Origin: Sphagnum compactum
Lineage: Eukaryota
Assembly: GCA_965153455.1 (NCBI GenBank)
Contig: OZ234493.1
Coordinates: 7,492,213 to 7,556,212, forward strand
Direction of reading: 5' to 3'
Length of the DNA: 64,000 bases
Below are positions 14,690 to 27,004 of this stretch, in pieces. The notes below the pieces were generated by a model. It was not told where the DNA came from and did not search any database. It worked only from the letters and a program-made list of their open reading frames with translations. The stretch's first letter is position 1; each line of letters starts with the position of its first letter. The position numbers and the translations under genes were made by a program.

Positions 14690-16200
14690 CTAGTTAATGT
14701 ATCCTTTTAAATATATTTAAATTTTATGCTAAATATTTACTAAATATATTGTGCCCATATTGCAAGTTAATCCAAACCATCTTATTATACTTCTTAAAAT
14801 AATTAAAAATGAAATTTATTATATTACATATTAATATTAACATGTAATAAAAAACTAAATTTCAATATTATCTTTCATTAAAATTTTAAAAATAGTAATA
14901 TTTTATTACATAATATTCCTAATGATAATGGTGGTGGTGATGATGATATTAGAATGATACGAGAAATAATTATTTAATCACTGAGAAATTTATTAAAAAT
15001 ATAACATATTATTATATTATTATAAAAAAATTCAAATGATTAATATATTTATTTAAAATATATATTTTATTTATTTAAAAACTTAATTTTAATAAATCAT
15101 AATATCTCTAACAAGTGACATGATAATATACAATAATAGTAATAATAATAATAATAATAAAGTTAACCTAGGCTAGTTACAAATTACATTATTATTGTTA
15201 TAAGTAATCAAATATGAAGTACTACTATATTATAATAATTTCCAAGAAATATTAATATATTTTTTTAATTTTTTATATTTCAAGTTATAATTAATATTTA
15301 TTATTAATTATTAAATACTCAATTATTACAATCAAATACTGATATATTATTCTTATTTTCAGTTTTATTATTTGATCTCTATAATAATTACTATAATAGT
15401 TAAAATGGAAATTTATAAATAATTATAAAAATGCAAAAAATATTTTTGAAGGAACAATGTACTTATTAAAAATATAAAATATTTACTGTAATAGTTCATA
15501 AATAGCTATAATGAATGAAGTAATAATATGAATAATAAAAATAAAATAGTTTAACCTTGGCTACCAACTAGTTTTAATAATAATTGAATTAATGTTATTG
15601 TTACTATTAAATATTTAAATTTATATTTATTATGAACTCTAAATTGAAAATAATAATGGGTATAATTATAATAGAATAGTTAGCGTAGGCTAGGTTTTAA
15701 TTACATTATTAGATTTAAAGTACTAAATAATCAAAATATAATTATTAATTATTAATTACTGAATGTTTCGGTTATTATATTAATTTATTTGGTTCTGAAA
15801 TAGTAATCAATTAATTATTAATAATTCACTAATTGTTTCAATATTAGCCAATTACTAGTTAATTAAATAGGTTGATAGATCATTATAGTTAATATATATT
15901 TCAAATTAAAATTTATTACTGTTTATTTAACTAGTAAATTAAGGAATATTTAACAATAATTAATCATATAATTAATTCAATAATAATAATATATTGATGA
16001 TTATTACTATAAATAATTAGCTATTTAGATAGTTTATAAAGTGAATTCGTTAATTTCTAATTTAGTTGTAATTAATTAATTAACAAGTTTATTTATTTAT
16101 TTGTTTGTATTTTATTCATTAAATAATTATTAAATTTATTAGTTAATTAATTAATTAATTGTCACTTATCTACTTAATTATGTACTTTTCAAAATGAGAA
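14690..16200. repeat. Extremely AT-rich low-complexity tract
   Basis: About 1.5 kb almost devoid of G/C (by eye well over 80% A+T). Contains an (AAT)n run at ~15132-15159 and has no ORFs. Confidence 0.8.
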
Positions 16201-16269
16201 TGAAAGCTAAAACATATGGGATAAACTTTTTAGTTGCAAATCGTTTACGACAAAAAATGTCTATATATG

Positions 16270-17900
16270 CTACTTTGTGATATACCTTATATTATTTAGG
16301 TTATTTTAAGCATTCTAACATATATCCTATGTTATTATAAGTTATTATAGGTTATTATGAATTATTATACCCTAAAATTTTTATATGTTATTATACTTTA
16401 AGGTATCATAATTAGCTTATTATAGGCTTTTAAATTATTTTAAATTAAATTATTCAATTAGCCTTAAATTATACCTTAGGTTATTTTATTTTAAGTTAAT
16501 ATATGTTATTTCAAGTTATATTTTAGGATATTCAATGTCATTCTAATTTATTTTATTATAAGTTATTCTATCATAAGTATAATAACTTAAAATAAACTAA
16601 AATAAAATATAATGACCTAAGGTAAAATAACCTAGAATAGCCAATAGTAGACTATGAAAAAAATTAAAACTAGCTTACAATAGAATAACTACCAATAGCC
16701 TATGAAAATATAACTTAAAATATGCAACAATAATTTATAATATAATAGTCACCAATTATCGTAATATAACATAGAATAACCAACAATAATTTATAATACA
16801 ATAGCAACCAATATTATTAATATAATAGCGATTAATAACCGCCAATATCCATTATAAAATATTCACCAATAATCATTAGTAAAATAAACAGTAATAGTAA
16901 TTAATATAATAGACATTAATAACCACCAATAAAATGTCCACCAATAGTCATTAATATAATAACTACCAATATCCATTAATATAATAACCACCAATAGTCA
17001 CTAATATAATAGCCATTAATAAAGTAGCCACCAATAACTATTAATAGAATATCCACCAATAACCATTAGTAGAATAACCACTAATAGTAGCTAATATAAT
17101 AGCCATCAATAACCACCAATATCCACCAATAAAATATCCATCAATAACCATTAATACCCTATGGTAATTTAAGTTATGATAACCACCATAGCCACCAATA
17201 GAATAGTTATTAATAGCCATTAATAAAATAACCACCAATAACCATTAATAACCTATGATAATTTAACCTAGAATAACCACCGTACCTTCCAATAAAATAA
17301 TTATTAATAGCCATAAATAAAATAATCACCAATAACCATTAATAACCTATGGTAATTTAGCCTAAATAATCACCGTAGCTACCAATAAAATAGTTACTAA
17401 TAGCCATTAATAAAATGGCTACTAATAACCATTACTAAAATAGATACTAATAGCCACCAATTGAATAACCATTAATATCCACCAATATAATAACTACCAA
17501 TAGTCATTAATAGAATAACCAATAGCCACCAATAAAACAACCACCAATAACCATATATTAGAATTGCTTATAATTGCTAAAAATAATCTAGGATGAAATA
17601 ATTTACAATAAACAAAAGTAACTTAAGGTGAAATCACCTACAATAACCTAGAATTACTAATAATAACATAAGGTGACATAACTTTCAATAGCCTAAGGTG
17701 CAATAGGTTAAAATAACCAAAAGTAACATAAAATACTCAAAAATAACTTATAATAACCAAAAGTAACCGAAGGTGAAATAACAAAAAATAGCCAATTTTT
17801 TATGAATAGCCATAAATAGTCGTAAATAATGTAGGATGAAATAATTTAGATTGATGAAAAGTAGTTCTATAATAGTTGAAAGTAGCCTAACATAGATAGT
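16270..17900. repeat. Strand-biased degenerate tandem repeat (AATAACC/AATAGCC family) with an internal 94-bp triplicated unit
   Basis: T-rich orientation (ggttattt) over 16270-16570 switches to the A-rich orientation (aaataacc) over 16580-17900. The unit caataaccattaata.cctatg.taattt starts at 17142, 17236 and 17330. Confidence 0.8.
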
Positions 17901-18195
17901 ATTATTATGTTAGCAAAAATCTTATCCATTTATGAAACATTTTTTTTTCAAAAGAACTATCATTGAAATGTTATTGAGTATTGATATTCAAAAAAAAAAT
18001 TGTTCAAATGATTTTACACTTTCAAAAGGAAATAAATGTCATTATGTACATTATTGAATTTTTAAAAAAATAAATTCGAATCATTTCATTTGGACGAAAT
18101 CTCAATAAGATATGAATTTTCAAAGTTTATGTGTTTATATTGTTTAAAATGAAATATTTGATAAATAAATGCAATGTAACATATTATCACAACAA

Positions 18196-18265
18196 GTGGG
18201 GTGGCTTGATGGTAGAGGTGTTTGTTTCCATTATAAAGGTCAAGGGATTAAACCTCACAAGTGGT
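18196..18265 (+). other. Degenerate tRNA-like / Pol III A-box and B-box segment (possible SINE head)
   Basis: GGGGTGGCTTGATGGTAGAG resembles a tRNA D-arm/A box. AAGGTCAAGGGATTAAACCTC resembles the variable/T-arm with a B box at tRNA-like spacing. It does not fold into a clean cloverleaf. Confidence 0.4.
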
Positions 18266-20861
18266 GTGTGCATGGTCAACAATGGTAAGTTGACCGAACA
18301 TTCTCTTATTTAATTCCCTAAGTAGGTGCCTAGGTTAATTACATGGTTTACGTACCTAGATTAGGTATTGACACGTGTCAATATTTCATATGCCGAAAAT
18401 CATAAAATGATAAATAATATTATGTATTAAATAATTTAAATTTAACTGATTTCCATGTTGCCTAGTTAGTTAACTAGTAAGTGAATGGCTTGGTAAATTT
18501 GTATTTCACTTGAAAATAACCTTGTTTCATTAGGTACTAATGAACTAATTCATTGTTTGTAACAACCAATCCCTGTTCACTAGGGGGTTGACAAGTTTCA
18601 CCATGGTAAAAATGTCCAAATTCACTCAAAATTTAATGAAACCCAGAGTGATCTAAGACGCATTTTGGTGTAATGTTCCCATATCCACCCCCCATACACC
18701 CCTGCATATGGGTTTCATACTATGATATGCCCATCAATGGTGATGTATGAGCAAAGTGGGGGAATGCAGCATGTTCAAATGCCACCATGGTAGCATCCAA
18801 TATTTCCTCACTCTTCTGGTTTGCTTGGACCTTGAACAACATGGTATAATGCACCACATGTTCCTATTATGGAATTTGCATAGCAAGGAATCTTAGTTGG
18901 TCCTTCAAAATACAGGCATCCCCCTGGCTAGGGGGAATCTTTAAGTGCATTTGAGAAGATGCATGTGAACATTCCCAACAATAAATAAGGGGGTGGTTAA
19001 TTTCATAAGGTTAGTCAAGGCCAAAATAATGGATGGGTAAAAGGTTGGAGAATATACCCTGTGGAGTTTTGTATGACGGACAATGCACAAGGTGAGCAAC
19101 AAGAACATGAACAACTTCAGGAGCAAGACAAATTGGGAGGAATGAGGCACATTGATAATCACTATGAGAAAACATTAAAATGAGCCCATGAAAGCACCAT
19201 ATCTGATCCTTCACCAAATTTCCCACAATTGCATGTGCCCAACAAGAATATGCCTCAAGGAGGTGTGATTAAAATAGTTCCATGAGTGATTTTGGCAACA
19301 CCAGAATCAATAGTTGATAGTTTATTGTCCATTCACAAGGAAGATAACAACAATAGGGCCTATGAAGGTTGGTGGTTCATTATGGAATACAATAGAAGTA
19401 ACATGATAATATCTTAAGGTTTAAGTGTGTTAAGGAAAAGAATTTTCTTTGTTCAATATGTGTTAGTGTTTATTCAAATTACTGTGTGGCAAAGAGCTTG
19501 TGTGAATGTAAATGATTTGAATTAAGTTGCAAATGACACATTGTGTTGAGTTTAACATAGATGCTTTCAGCAAAGAAATTGTGTGCAATGGATGCTTAAT
19601 GTGTACTACATCAGTAAGGTTAAATCCTTAACTAATTGGTTGCCACCACCATGTTTGTAGAGTTAGGAAGCTTATTATGTTTTGGAAGTTGAAATGGAAT
19701 GGTGACAAACAATCTTTCAAAATTTCTTTGAAGCATGGCATATTTAATGCCAATGTTTCAATGTGCAACTTTGTAAGACTTATGGAGAACAACCTAGTAT
19801 TTTTGTTTTAAAATTCCAATGCCAACTTTGTTACTAAAGGTTTTGACTTAATGTTTGTCCAATTGTTATGTTTGCCTTGTGCCTCTCTGATATGGGGGTA
19901 GCGGGGCATACAAAGGTTCATATCCAAATAGTTAGAAATCAAATTTATAATGTTTCATGGTTGTTACTTCTATCTTGTTTATATATGGTATTGATTGTCG
20001 CCCAACAATAAATGTGTCCTAGCCATTGGTATCCAGGAGTTATACTGAATTTGAGGATGTATTGTGCATGTGGTAGGTAGTTTCAAAGCATTGTGGATTA
20101 TTGCAAAAGTGGGATCATGGTTCTGTTTCCTCACCTTACTATGAATAGGTGCACAAATTTCCTGCTTTCAAATATCCCAATTAAACCCTAATTAGGTTAT
20201 CATGTACCTTGGTTTCCCATGCATATTCTGTCTACATGGTTTATGTCAACTTAGCATAGTCACAGTGAACCTCTACCTTCATAGTTTAGTTATGGAGTGA
20301 AATTAGGCATTGTAGTTATTTGAACCTTCGAATCCATTTTCTTTGAAATATACCCTTCAATAGAACCCCACACCTCCATTTTCTAATTTGTTCATACAAA
20401 TCCTTAAACATCAATTTTCTTTTCCATATTTGTGATGTTAAAACTTATTGGATTTTTGCCCCAAAAATAGCAAACTTGGTTAAAATTACACTAGAAAAAC
20501 ACATTTTCCAAGTATTTCCCAAATTTTATTGTGGAAAAAACTGAATATTCCTTGAAAAAAAACATTGGTTCAAATCAATTGAAGTGCAAAACATTTCTAC
20601 ATGTTTAAATATACAAGTAAATCCCTACTTAGGTTAAGGTTTGATTAGGGATTAGGGTTCGATTAGGGGAACAAATTAGGGTTTCCTTATGGGGGTTATG
20701 GGTGAAACTTTACTTTTAGGGTTTTAGCAACACTATAAAGTGTTCATTTGCACCCCGTCTCCACCCATAGCTCTCATTGATATCATATTTAAGGTTTATG
20801 TTTGTAGGAATTGTTGCTTAAAATTTGTGTGGTTTTTTTGTGGGAATCAAGGCTAGGAAAC

Positions 20862-21700
20862 ATGGATTTAGATTTGGAAGAAGGAGGGGTTGGTTGGGTT
20901 GTGAACCAAATCATGTTTGTTGTTCATCAAGCAATTGCCCAACTCCAAGTAGACATGGATGAGCTCGAGGGACAAAAGGCTACTTTGCATACCAACATCA
21001 ATCACAAAGCTTGAGGGTGTTAGAATGCGAGAAGATCTTAGAAAAGGAACATTTTGAATCACATGGCTTTGCAAGAGATGAAATCCAAACAACAGTTGCA
21101 ACCTTCAAAGCCAAGATGTTGGATCAGCTCAGCTTGGGGAACTTGACTTTCTTGCAGCCATGAAACTTTAGCTCCCACATGTTATCAACTTGCGCGAGGT
21201 TGCTGAAGTAGAATACCAGCAAGTGGAGGCACCCATTCAAAAAGCCCAAGATATTGTGAAGAAATCCAAGAACCTTACCATGGAAGAAAGGGGGTACGTA
21301 AGTTTGTGGTCTAAGCTACACAATCTAGACAACTTAATTTTGACAATGTCCAAGCGGCTAGATGATGCAGTAAAGCACCACATGAAAATGCTTACTTAAT
21401 TTAAAGACAACAACCATCAACAGGTCATGGCTTCCTACCCTAACCCAACCAAACATTTTCCCATATAGACATTAGAACCACAATCATTGCCAATCACCCC
21501 TTGCTTAGTCTTTGGGTGTTTCTTCCAAGATTTAAACATTTTGGTATTGTCATGTTCATGTATGTACCATTGTTGGTGCATATAGTTCTGGACACAGATC
21601 TTTGTAGCATGCACCCATAAATTTTATGGCAAGTTGTTTGATCCTAAGTGGGCTAAAAGTGTTGGCCTGGAATTTAAGTTGCCCGTGGGTGGTCACCTAG
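20862..21700 (+). pseudogene. Decayed coiled-coil plus RING-like zinc-finger coding remnant
   Basis: Heptad-like segments (ORFs 20811-21014 and 21190-21399) are followed by PCLVFGCFFQDLNILVLSCSCMYHCWCI*..AC..FDPKWAKSVG at ~21498-21670, with RING-like spacing but several Cys/His lost. Stops and frameshifts are present. Confidence 0.5.
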
Positions 21701-23265
21701 ATGCCAAGTAGGAGGGTTCTTTTCACATTGAAGGTAAAGATAGTTCCTCACCTTCCCAAAATGTGCTTGAACTCAAGAATTTGGGGTGTTCGCAATATGA
21801 TGTTTAGTATCTAGTATTCATCATTTGTATGTTTGATGTAGATGCTAATGAAGCAACCCCTTGAATGTAGACATATGATGATGCACCTAGGTGAGAATCA
21901 AAACCTAGGTGTTGAGTTTAACAAATTGTGAGGTTGAAGACCAATTCATTATCTTTGGCTCCCATGGACGAATACCCATGGTGTACACTAGGGCTATTGA
22001 TACAGTAGACTATGAGCCCTACCGACATAGCCATGCATGATAGTCTCAATTTTTAAAAATTGCATGAGGGATATTGGTGTGTGATAAGGCTATTAGGGGT
22101 TTTTAGCAATTTCATGTTAGAATCAGGAATGATGTGCATGGTTGCATGGGGGGTTGTTTTTGTTTCAAAATTCAATTCTTTTCTTCAACAAAAGTTGGTA
22201 ATTACAATTTTAGAACTTCAATTACATGATTGGGGATGAGAAGTCTATAGAGGGTTGGGGTTAGAAACAAACAACAAAATTTGTAATGTTTGGCAAAACG
22301 TTGGCTTCATTTTGGTATTTAGTGGATAATCATGTAAGCAAGGATGATTTAAGATTCTTAAAGCAATTAAGAGATGTTAATGAAGGGTCCAATGATCTTC
22401 AAGCATTATAAGCATGTAGGATTAATTTGAAACAACATACAATTAAAATGAGTAGAATGATAGGTGGCAATTGCAACATGGATTTCATGATGAACAAAAA
22501 TTTTATTCAAGTTATGGAGAAGCTTAAGGAGGAACAACAAGTACATGTTGAGTCCTAGGTTATGCCACAATGTTAGTTCATACTGGCAAGAAATTTAGGA
22601 TGCATCGGATGGTGTGAACTAAATAATCTACTTTACTATTAAGAGAAAGTCAATGAATCGAACTGCGCAACCAACGATAATGTCCAACGCTAGGAATTGA
22701 AGACCATGAAAATATTGAAGTGTATTCAATTTCGTAAAAACCTTTGTAGATAGTTAAAGGTTCATCACCAAAAGTGGGATCAATTTGCAACAAAATCACA
22801 AAGGTACAAAAGTTCGAAAAAATTCAATAATACCAAGTTTGAAGGGGTTTGACTTTGAGACGAGGGCACACTTCTTGCAGTTTGGGAAATTCATCATAAG
22901 GGTGTTGGGCCAGTGTCAAATTTAAGGATGATTCCTAGGGTGATTTTTTATTCATTTTTGTGGCTTGAGGCCCGTAAAATGTAATCATGCGCAACGCCAT
23001 GAATTCAAGGAAAGGAAAAAATCTTCAATGAAAATCAATTTGGCGATGAAGGTGTGGAAGACTTGGTACTTCGAGATACATGATTATAATTTACAGGTCA
23101 AGGAAAAGGAAAGAATGAAGCGAAATAATGGTTTAGAACCATGGTAAAACAAAACCTTAAAATCAATGGAAAAAAATGTTTAGGTAAAATCTTATGGGGT
23201 GAAAAGTGTAAGGAAGTGAAAGGATGTTTTTCCTTCTCTTTCCAAAAGAAACCAAACATGGAACA

Positions 23266-23390
23266 TTCCAAGGGCCACCAAGCTTGGAACCTTCCATTGG
23301 CCACCAAACAAAACATTTCTTCATTGGCCTCCAAACATTGGATTCATTTCAAGGGCCACCAAACTTGGAACCTTCCATTAGCCACCAAGT
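23266..23390 (+). repeat. Tandem duplication, ~82-bp period
   Basis: caagggccaccaa(g/a)cttggaaccttccatt(g/a)gccaccaa occurs twice, at ~23269 and ~23350. Confidence 0.8.
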
Positions 23391-23649
23391 TGTGGTCTTC
23401 CCTCGCCTCTTTTTTTCCTCTTCTCTTTAAAGGCGCAAATTTGGATCATTTGTCTCTCTCTTTTCAGATACGATTTTTGATTTGAATATTTAAACTTGTT
23501 CCTGCAACTTTCCTTAGGAGGAAAAAAATGATTAATCCTAGTAGATGGTGGAAAGAGGGAGAATAGATTGGATCATAGTAGTATTTTTGAAAGAATGGAA
23601 ATGAATAGGGGTAGATTTAGACCTTGAAATCTTCAAAAAAAATTCATAA

Positions 23650-24012
23650 GACCTTTTGGGTTTTGTAGCATAATTTTTTTTGATTTAAGCATAAGGCTTG
23701 AGATTTGGTGGGTAGGTGTGCATTGTAGCTAACTTTTCAATGAACTAATCCAAACTAGATTTGGATAATGTATGTGATGGCAATAATGTTTTAAGTGATT
23801 GGAGGTCTATTGTCAAGTTGAATTTTTTGCTTTCGTAAAACCCTTTCGGGTTTTATGACACAACTTTTTATTGATTTAAGTGTAGGGCTTGAGATTTGGT
23901 AGGCAAATGCGCCTTGTAGCTAGCTTTTCAATGAACTAATGCAAGCTAGATTTGGATAATGTATGTGATGGCAACAATGTTTTGAATGATTGAAGGTTTG
24001 TTGTTAAGTTGA
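23650..24012 (+). repeat. Tandem duplication, ~191-bp period
   Basis: tgatttaag..gcttgagatttggt..ttgtagcta.cttttcaatgaactaat.caa.ctagatttggataatgtatgtgatggcaa occurs at 23681 and 23872. The copies differ mostly by transitions. Confidence 0.85.
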
Positions 24013-25208
24013 GCATTATGTCAGCTCCATAGAGGTTGGTTTAGGTGGGTGATAATTTAACATTAAATTCTAGGATTTGGAGAGTTTGAACTTTGAAAAT
24101 ATATCTATCAATTCCAAATCATAAATGATGCATAGGAGGCAAACTATTTATTTTCAACTACAAATGTAATTTAATATCTAGAAATACATGCTGCATTTTT
24201 CCTTCACCAATAACATATGTACTTCCAAGTATAATCACCTCATAGAACTGGGAGTAGAGGGACGAAAAGTCACCTCACATAGACATAGTTCTATGTTGTA
24301 GGAAGTTTTGGATATAGGCTTGTAGTAGTTTCAGTGGGCATCAATTTACATTACATGTGCAATCCATAATACTCTATTTATTTAGTAAGTTTTTGCTAAA
24401 ATGAATATAATGGCACCAAAGATTTTTGTCTAATGCTACAATTGGGTCTTTATTTTGTCAATATATTTGGTTGTTAAGATCAATAAGATATGTTCAGTAT
24501 GGATACTAGAATTTGGGTGTGGAAAAAGATAACTGAATTTGGTTTATTAGAACATTTGGATTCCCTAAAATCTAGATATTGCAATTGATTCATCCAAGGG
24601 AGGTTTTTGTTGTTAGATGTGATGGAGGTTACATCCTGGGAGTTATGAATGCTTCGAGTAGATTTGGAACAACTGGAATATCTACGGTCCTTTGATCACA
24701 AATACATAGATTTTCTCCATAAGTCATGAGACGAATTTGTATCCAAGTTGGTTGAGAGTTGTTATTCCACTAGTTTTTTCACAGACATATTTACATAGTA
24801 AGATGTTGAGAACCGCCAATCTCCTCCTTTTGAAACTTCTTATTGTTACATTTCAGCTCAGGAAGGTGAGATGTGAGATCTAAAGACCAAAAGGAAATTT
24901 GTTAGGGTACACAAGTTAGAGGTGTAGATCTTCATCTTGTATCTTTTAGCACAAAGTCTGGGAACGACCAATTACTAATTTGACCCAATACTTGGACTTG
25001 TAAGCATATGCACAAGTGGAAGAAATGGGAAGAAAATATTCATTAGGAGAGTTTTGATTGTGCCAAAGAAGGTATGTCAGGTTAAACTCTTATCATGTTG
25101 CTTGAGATGCAATACAAATAGTAAAAGGACTTGTCTCATATTTGTTTCAAATAAACACCAATCGTTATCAACAAAAAACCATTCACTAAAATGTGGTCTA
25201 CTTGGCAG

Positions 25209-25414
25209 GAAGGCATTAAAAGAATTCAGGAGAGGAACATTGCATGTAATGGTTGCATTTGATGCACTTACCCATGGCATAGATGTTGAAGGCATTGCCA
25301 ATGTCATGAATTATGATGTTCCTATTAATGTGAAAACCTATCTTCACCATGTGGGTCACACTGCAAAAGCAAGGCAAGGTGGGTCGTGCTTTCATTCTCA
25401 TGGTAAAAAGGGAG
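25209..25414 (+). pseudogene. Isolated exon of a DEAD-box RNA helicase (RH1/DDX51/Dbp6-like), C-terminal RecA domain
   Basis: KALKEFRRGTLHVMVAFDALTHGIDVEGIANVMNYDVPINVKTYLHHVGHTAKARQGGSCF carries degenerate motifs V (RGxD) and VI (HRxGRTARAG). It is bounded by ttggcag| and |gtatgt. No other helicase exons were seen nearby, and there is a frameshift near the 3' end. Confidence 0.85.
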
Positions 25415-25578
25415 GTATGTTTTCCTTAAATTGGGACCTTAGTAGTCCTTGAATGTTTTGGGAGGTTATTGTAACCAATATAGGAGATTTGATTGTTATT
25501 TTGGTATATCCTTCAATTGTTAACAAAAAGTGTGATTGATCTATATATGAATCATCACTGGGTGGATGGTAGGCTCAC

Positions 25579-25725
25579 CACTTTAAGATGGAACTGCTCA
25601 GCAAATTGGAGAATGGCATTTGCAAAGACTCATGTATAAGCAACATGTCATCATCACTCACTTATTCACTCATCTGAAGCATGCAATGTCAATGGTCTTT
25701 GTTAGAATTCATTTACATAAAAGTT
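25579..25725 (-). pseudogene. Isolated decayed exon of an unidentified gene
   Basis: 147-nt segment between aatag| and |gtgagc reading NFYVNEF*QRPLTLHASDE*ISE***HVAYT*VFANAILQFAEQFHLKV. All stops are explicable as CGA>TGA or CAA>TAA. Confidence 0.5.
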
Positions 25726-26049
25726 CTATTTTGAATATACAAAACAAAAGTATAGAGGCTCCCATCAACTGCAATGGGAATCCATATACAATGAAGATTA
25801 AGAAAAGGAAAGCTTTGAGATCAGAACCTGTCCAGTACCCAATCATGAATGGATCTAATTTTACAAATTTGCAACAAGCTTCATGAGCCTAAGATGCACA
25901 TCATGGCTCTACTTTTGTGAATTATAGCAAGGAATTAGTCCACCTTAAACCTAGAACTCCATGGAAATTTTTAAAAATTCAAAAGAGTGCAATAATTCTA
26001 AAGTACATACATAAAAATATGTGTTCACAAATAAGGTGCCTCCACTACC

Positions 26050-26226
26050 ATAAGTCCCATTTGTCCAGTCATAAGTACTTATAGTCATATTTGTAGTCAT
26101 GTAGTCATAAAATTGACCACAATCCCAAAAATGGTTGTGACTAAAAATAAAATATGACTACGTGACTACATTAAGACAATAGTCGCAAGTTGTCTTAATC
26201 ATTAAAACCACGTTTTTGGCATAGTG
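26050..26226 (+). mobile_element. CACTA element 3' terminus with subterminal repeats
   Basis: Ends in AAAACCACGTTTTTGGCATAGTG (reverse complement CACTATGCCAAAAACG). It is preceded by clustered direct and inverted TAGTCAT/ATGACTA/GTGACTA/TAGTCGC motifs. No matching left TIR was found in the window. Confidence 0.65.
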
Positions 26227-27004
26227 CATTAATCATAATAGTTACAACCCCAAGGCTCATTACGGTAATAAAAACATGCATGGGAAGGCATGTAATCTTT
26301 CACCTTGAGTTTCCCACTATGTAATATGCAGAAGTTTATGATAATTTAACCTAGGAATTTTGCTTATTCATTCGATTGTGAGCCAATGGTCTAGAATTTT
26401 TTTCATTCAAATTATCGATGAAAGTTTTCATTTGGATGAAAGTCAAATTTTTTAAAAAAAAAACCTTGGATGGATGGAATATTCCAATTATGGATGAAAA
26501 TGAAAATTTAAAAAAAACCTTAGTGTGTTTTGATTAATGCCAAAATTGTCCCCTAAGTTTGGAAAATATTTTCAAAAAATGAAAAATAAAATGGGAGGTC
26601 TAAATTGGATTCCCCAAGCTCCATTATTCCAAGCCTCCTTTGGGCTTTGTGAATTTCCAAACCTACCAAACTTGGCAAGTTCAGGGGAGCTTCACGGCGA
26701 TGGCACCATGGGGCTCCACGTTTTTGCCACCATTGCCCCCCCTTTTAAAAAAAAAGAAATTCCCTTTTTTTTTTTCCCTCTTTTCTTCCCTTTCTTCTTC
26801 CTTTTGTTCTTGTTGCCACCACATTACAATTACAATGATGATGAAAACAACAAGGAGAAAGGTTCTTCACCCCTCTTTCTTTCATGTTGAAATTATAATT
26901 GTCATTAGCAATGATGATGATTCAAGGATGGAGGGTGTCATGGATGTCAATGCTATGGAGTTCATTCATTTGAATGATCATCCATGACTTGTAATAAACT
27001 TGTA

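Noticed and set aside
17041..17238. GY/W-rich ORF
   Set aside because: It is a by-product of the AATAACC tandem repeat.
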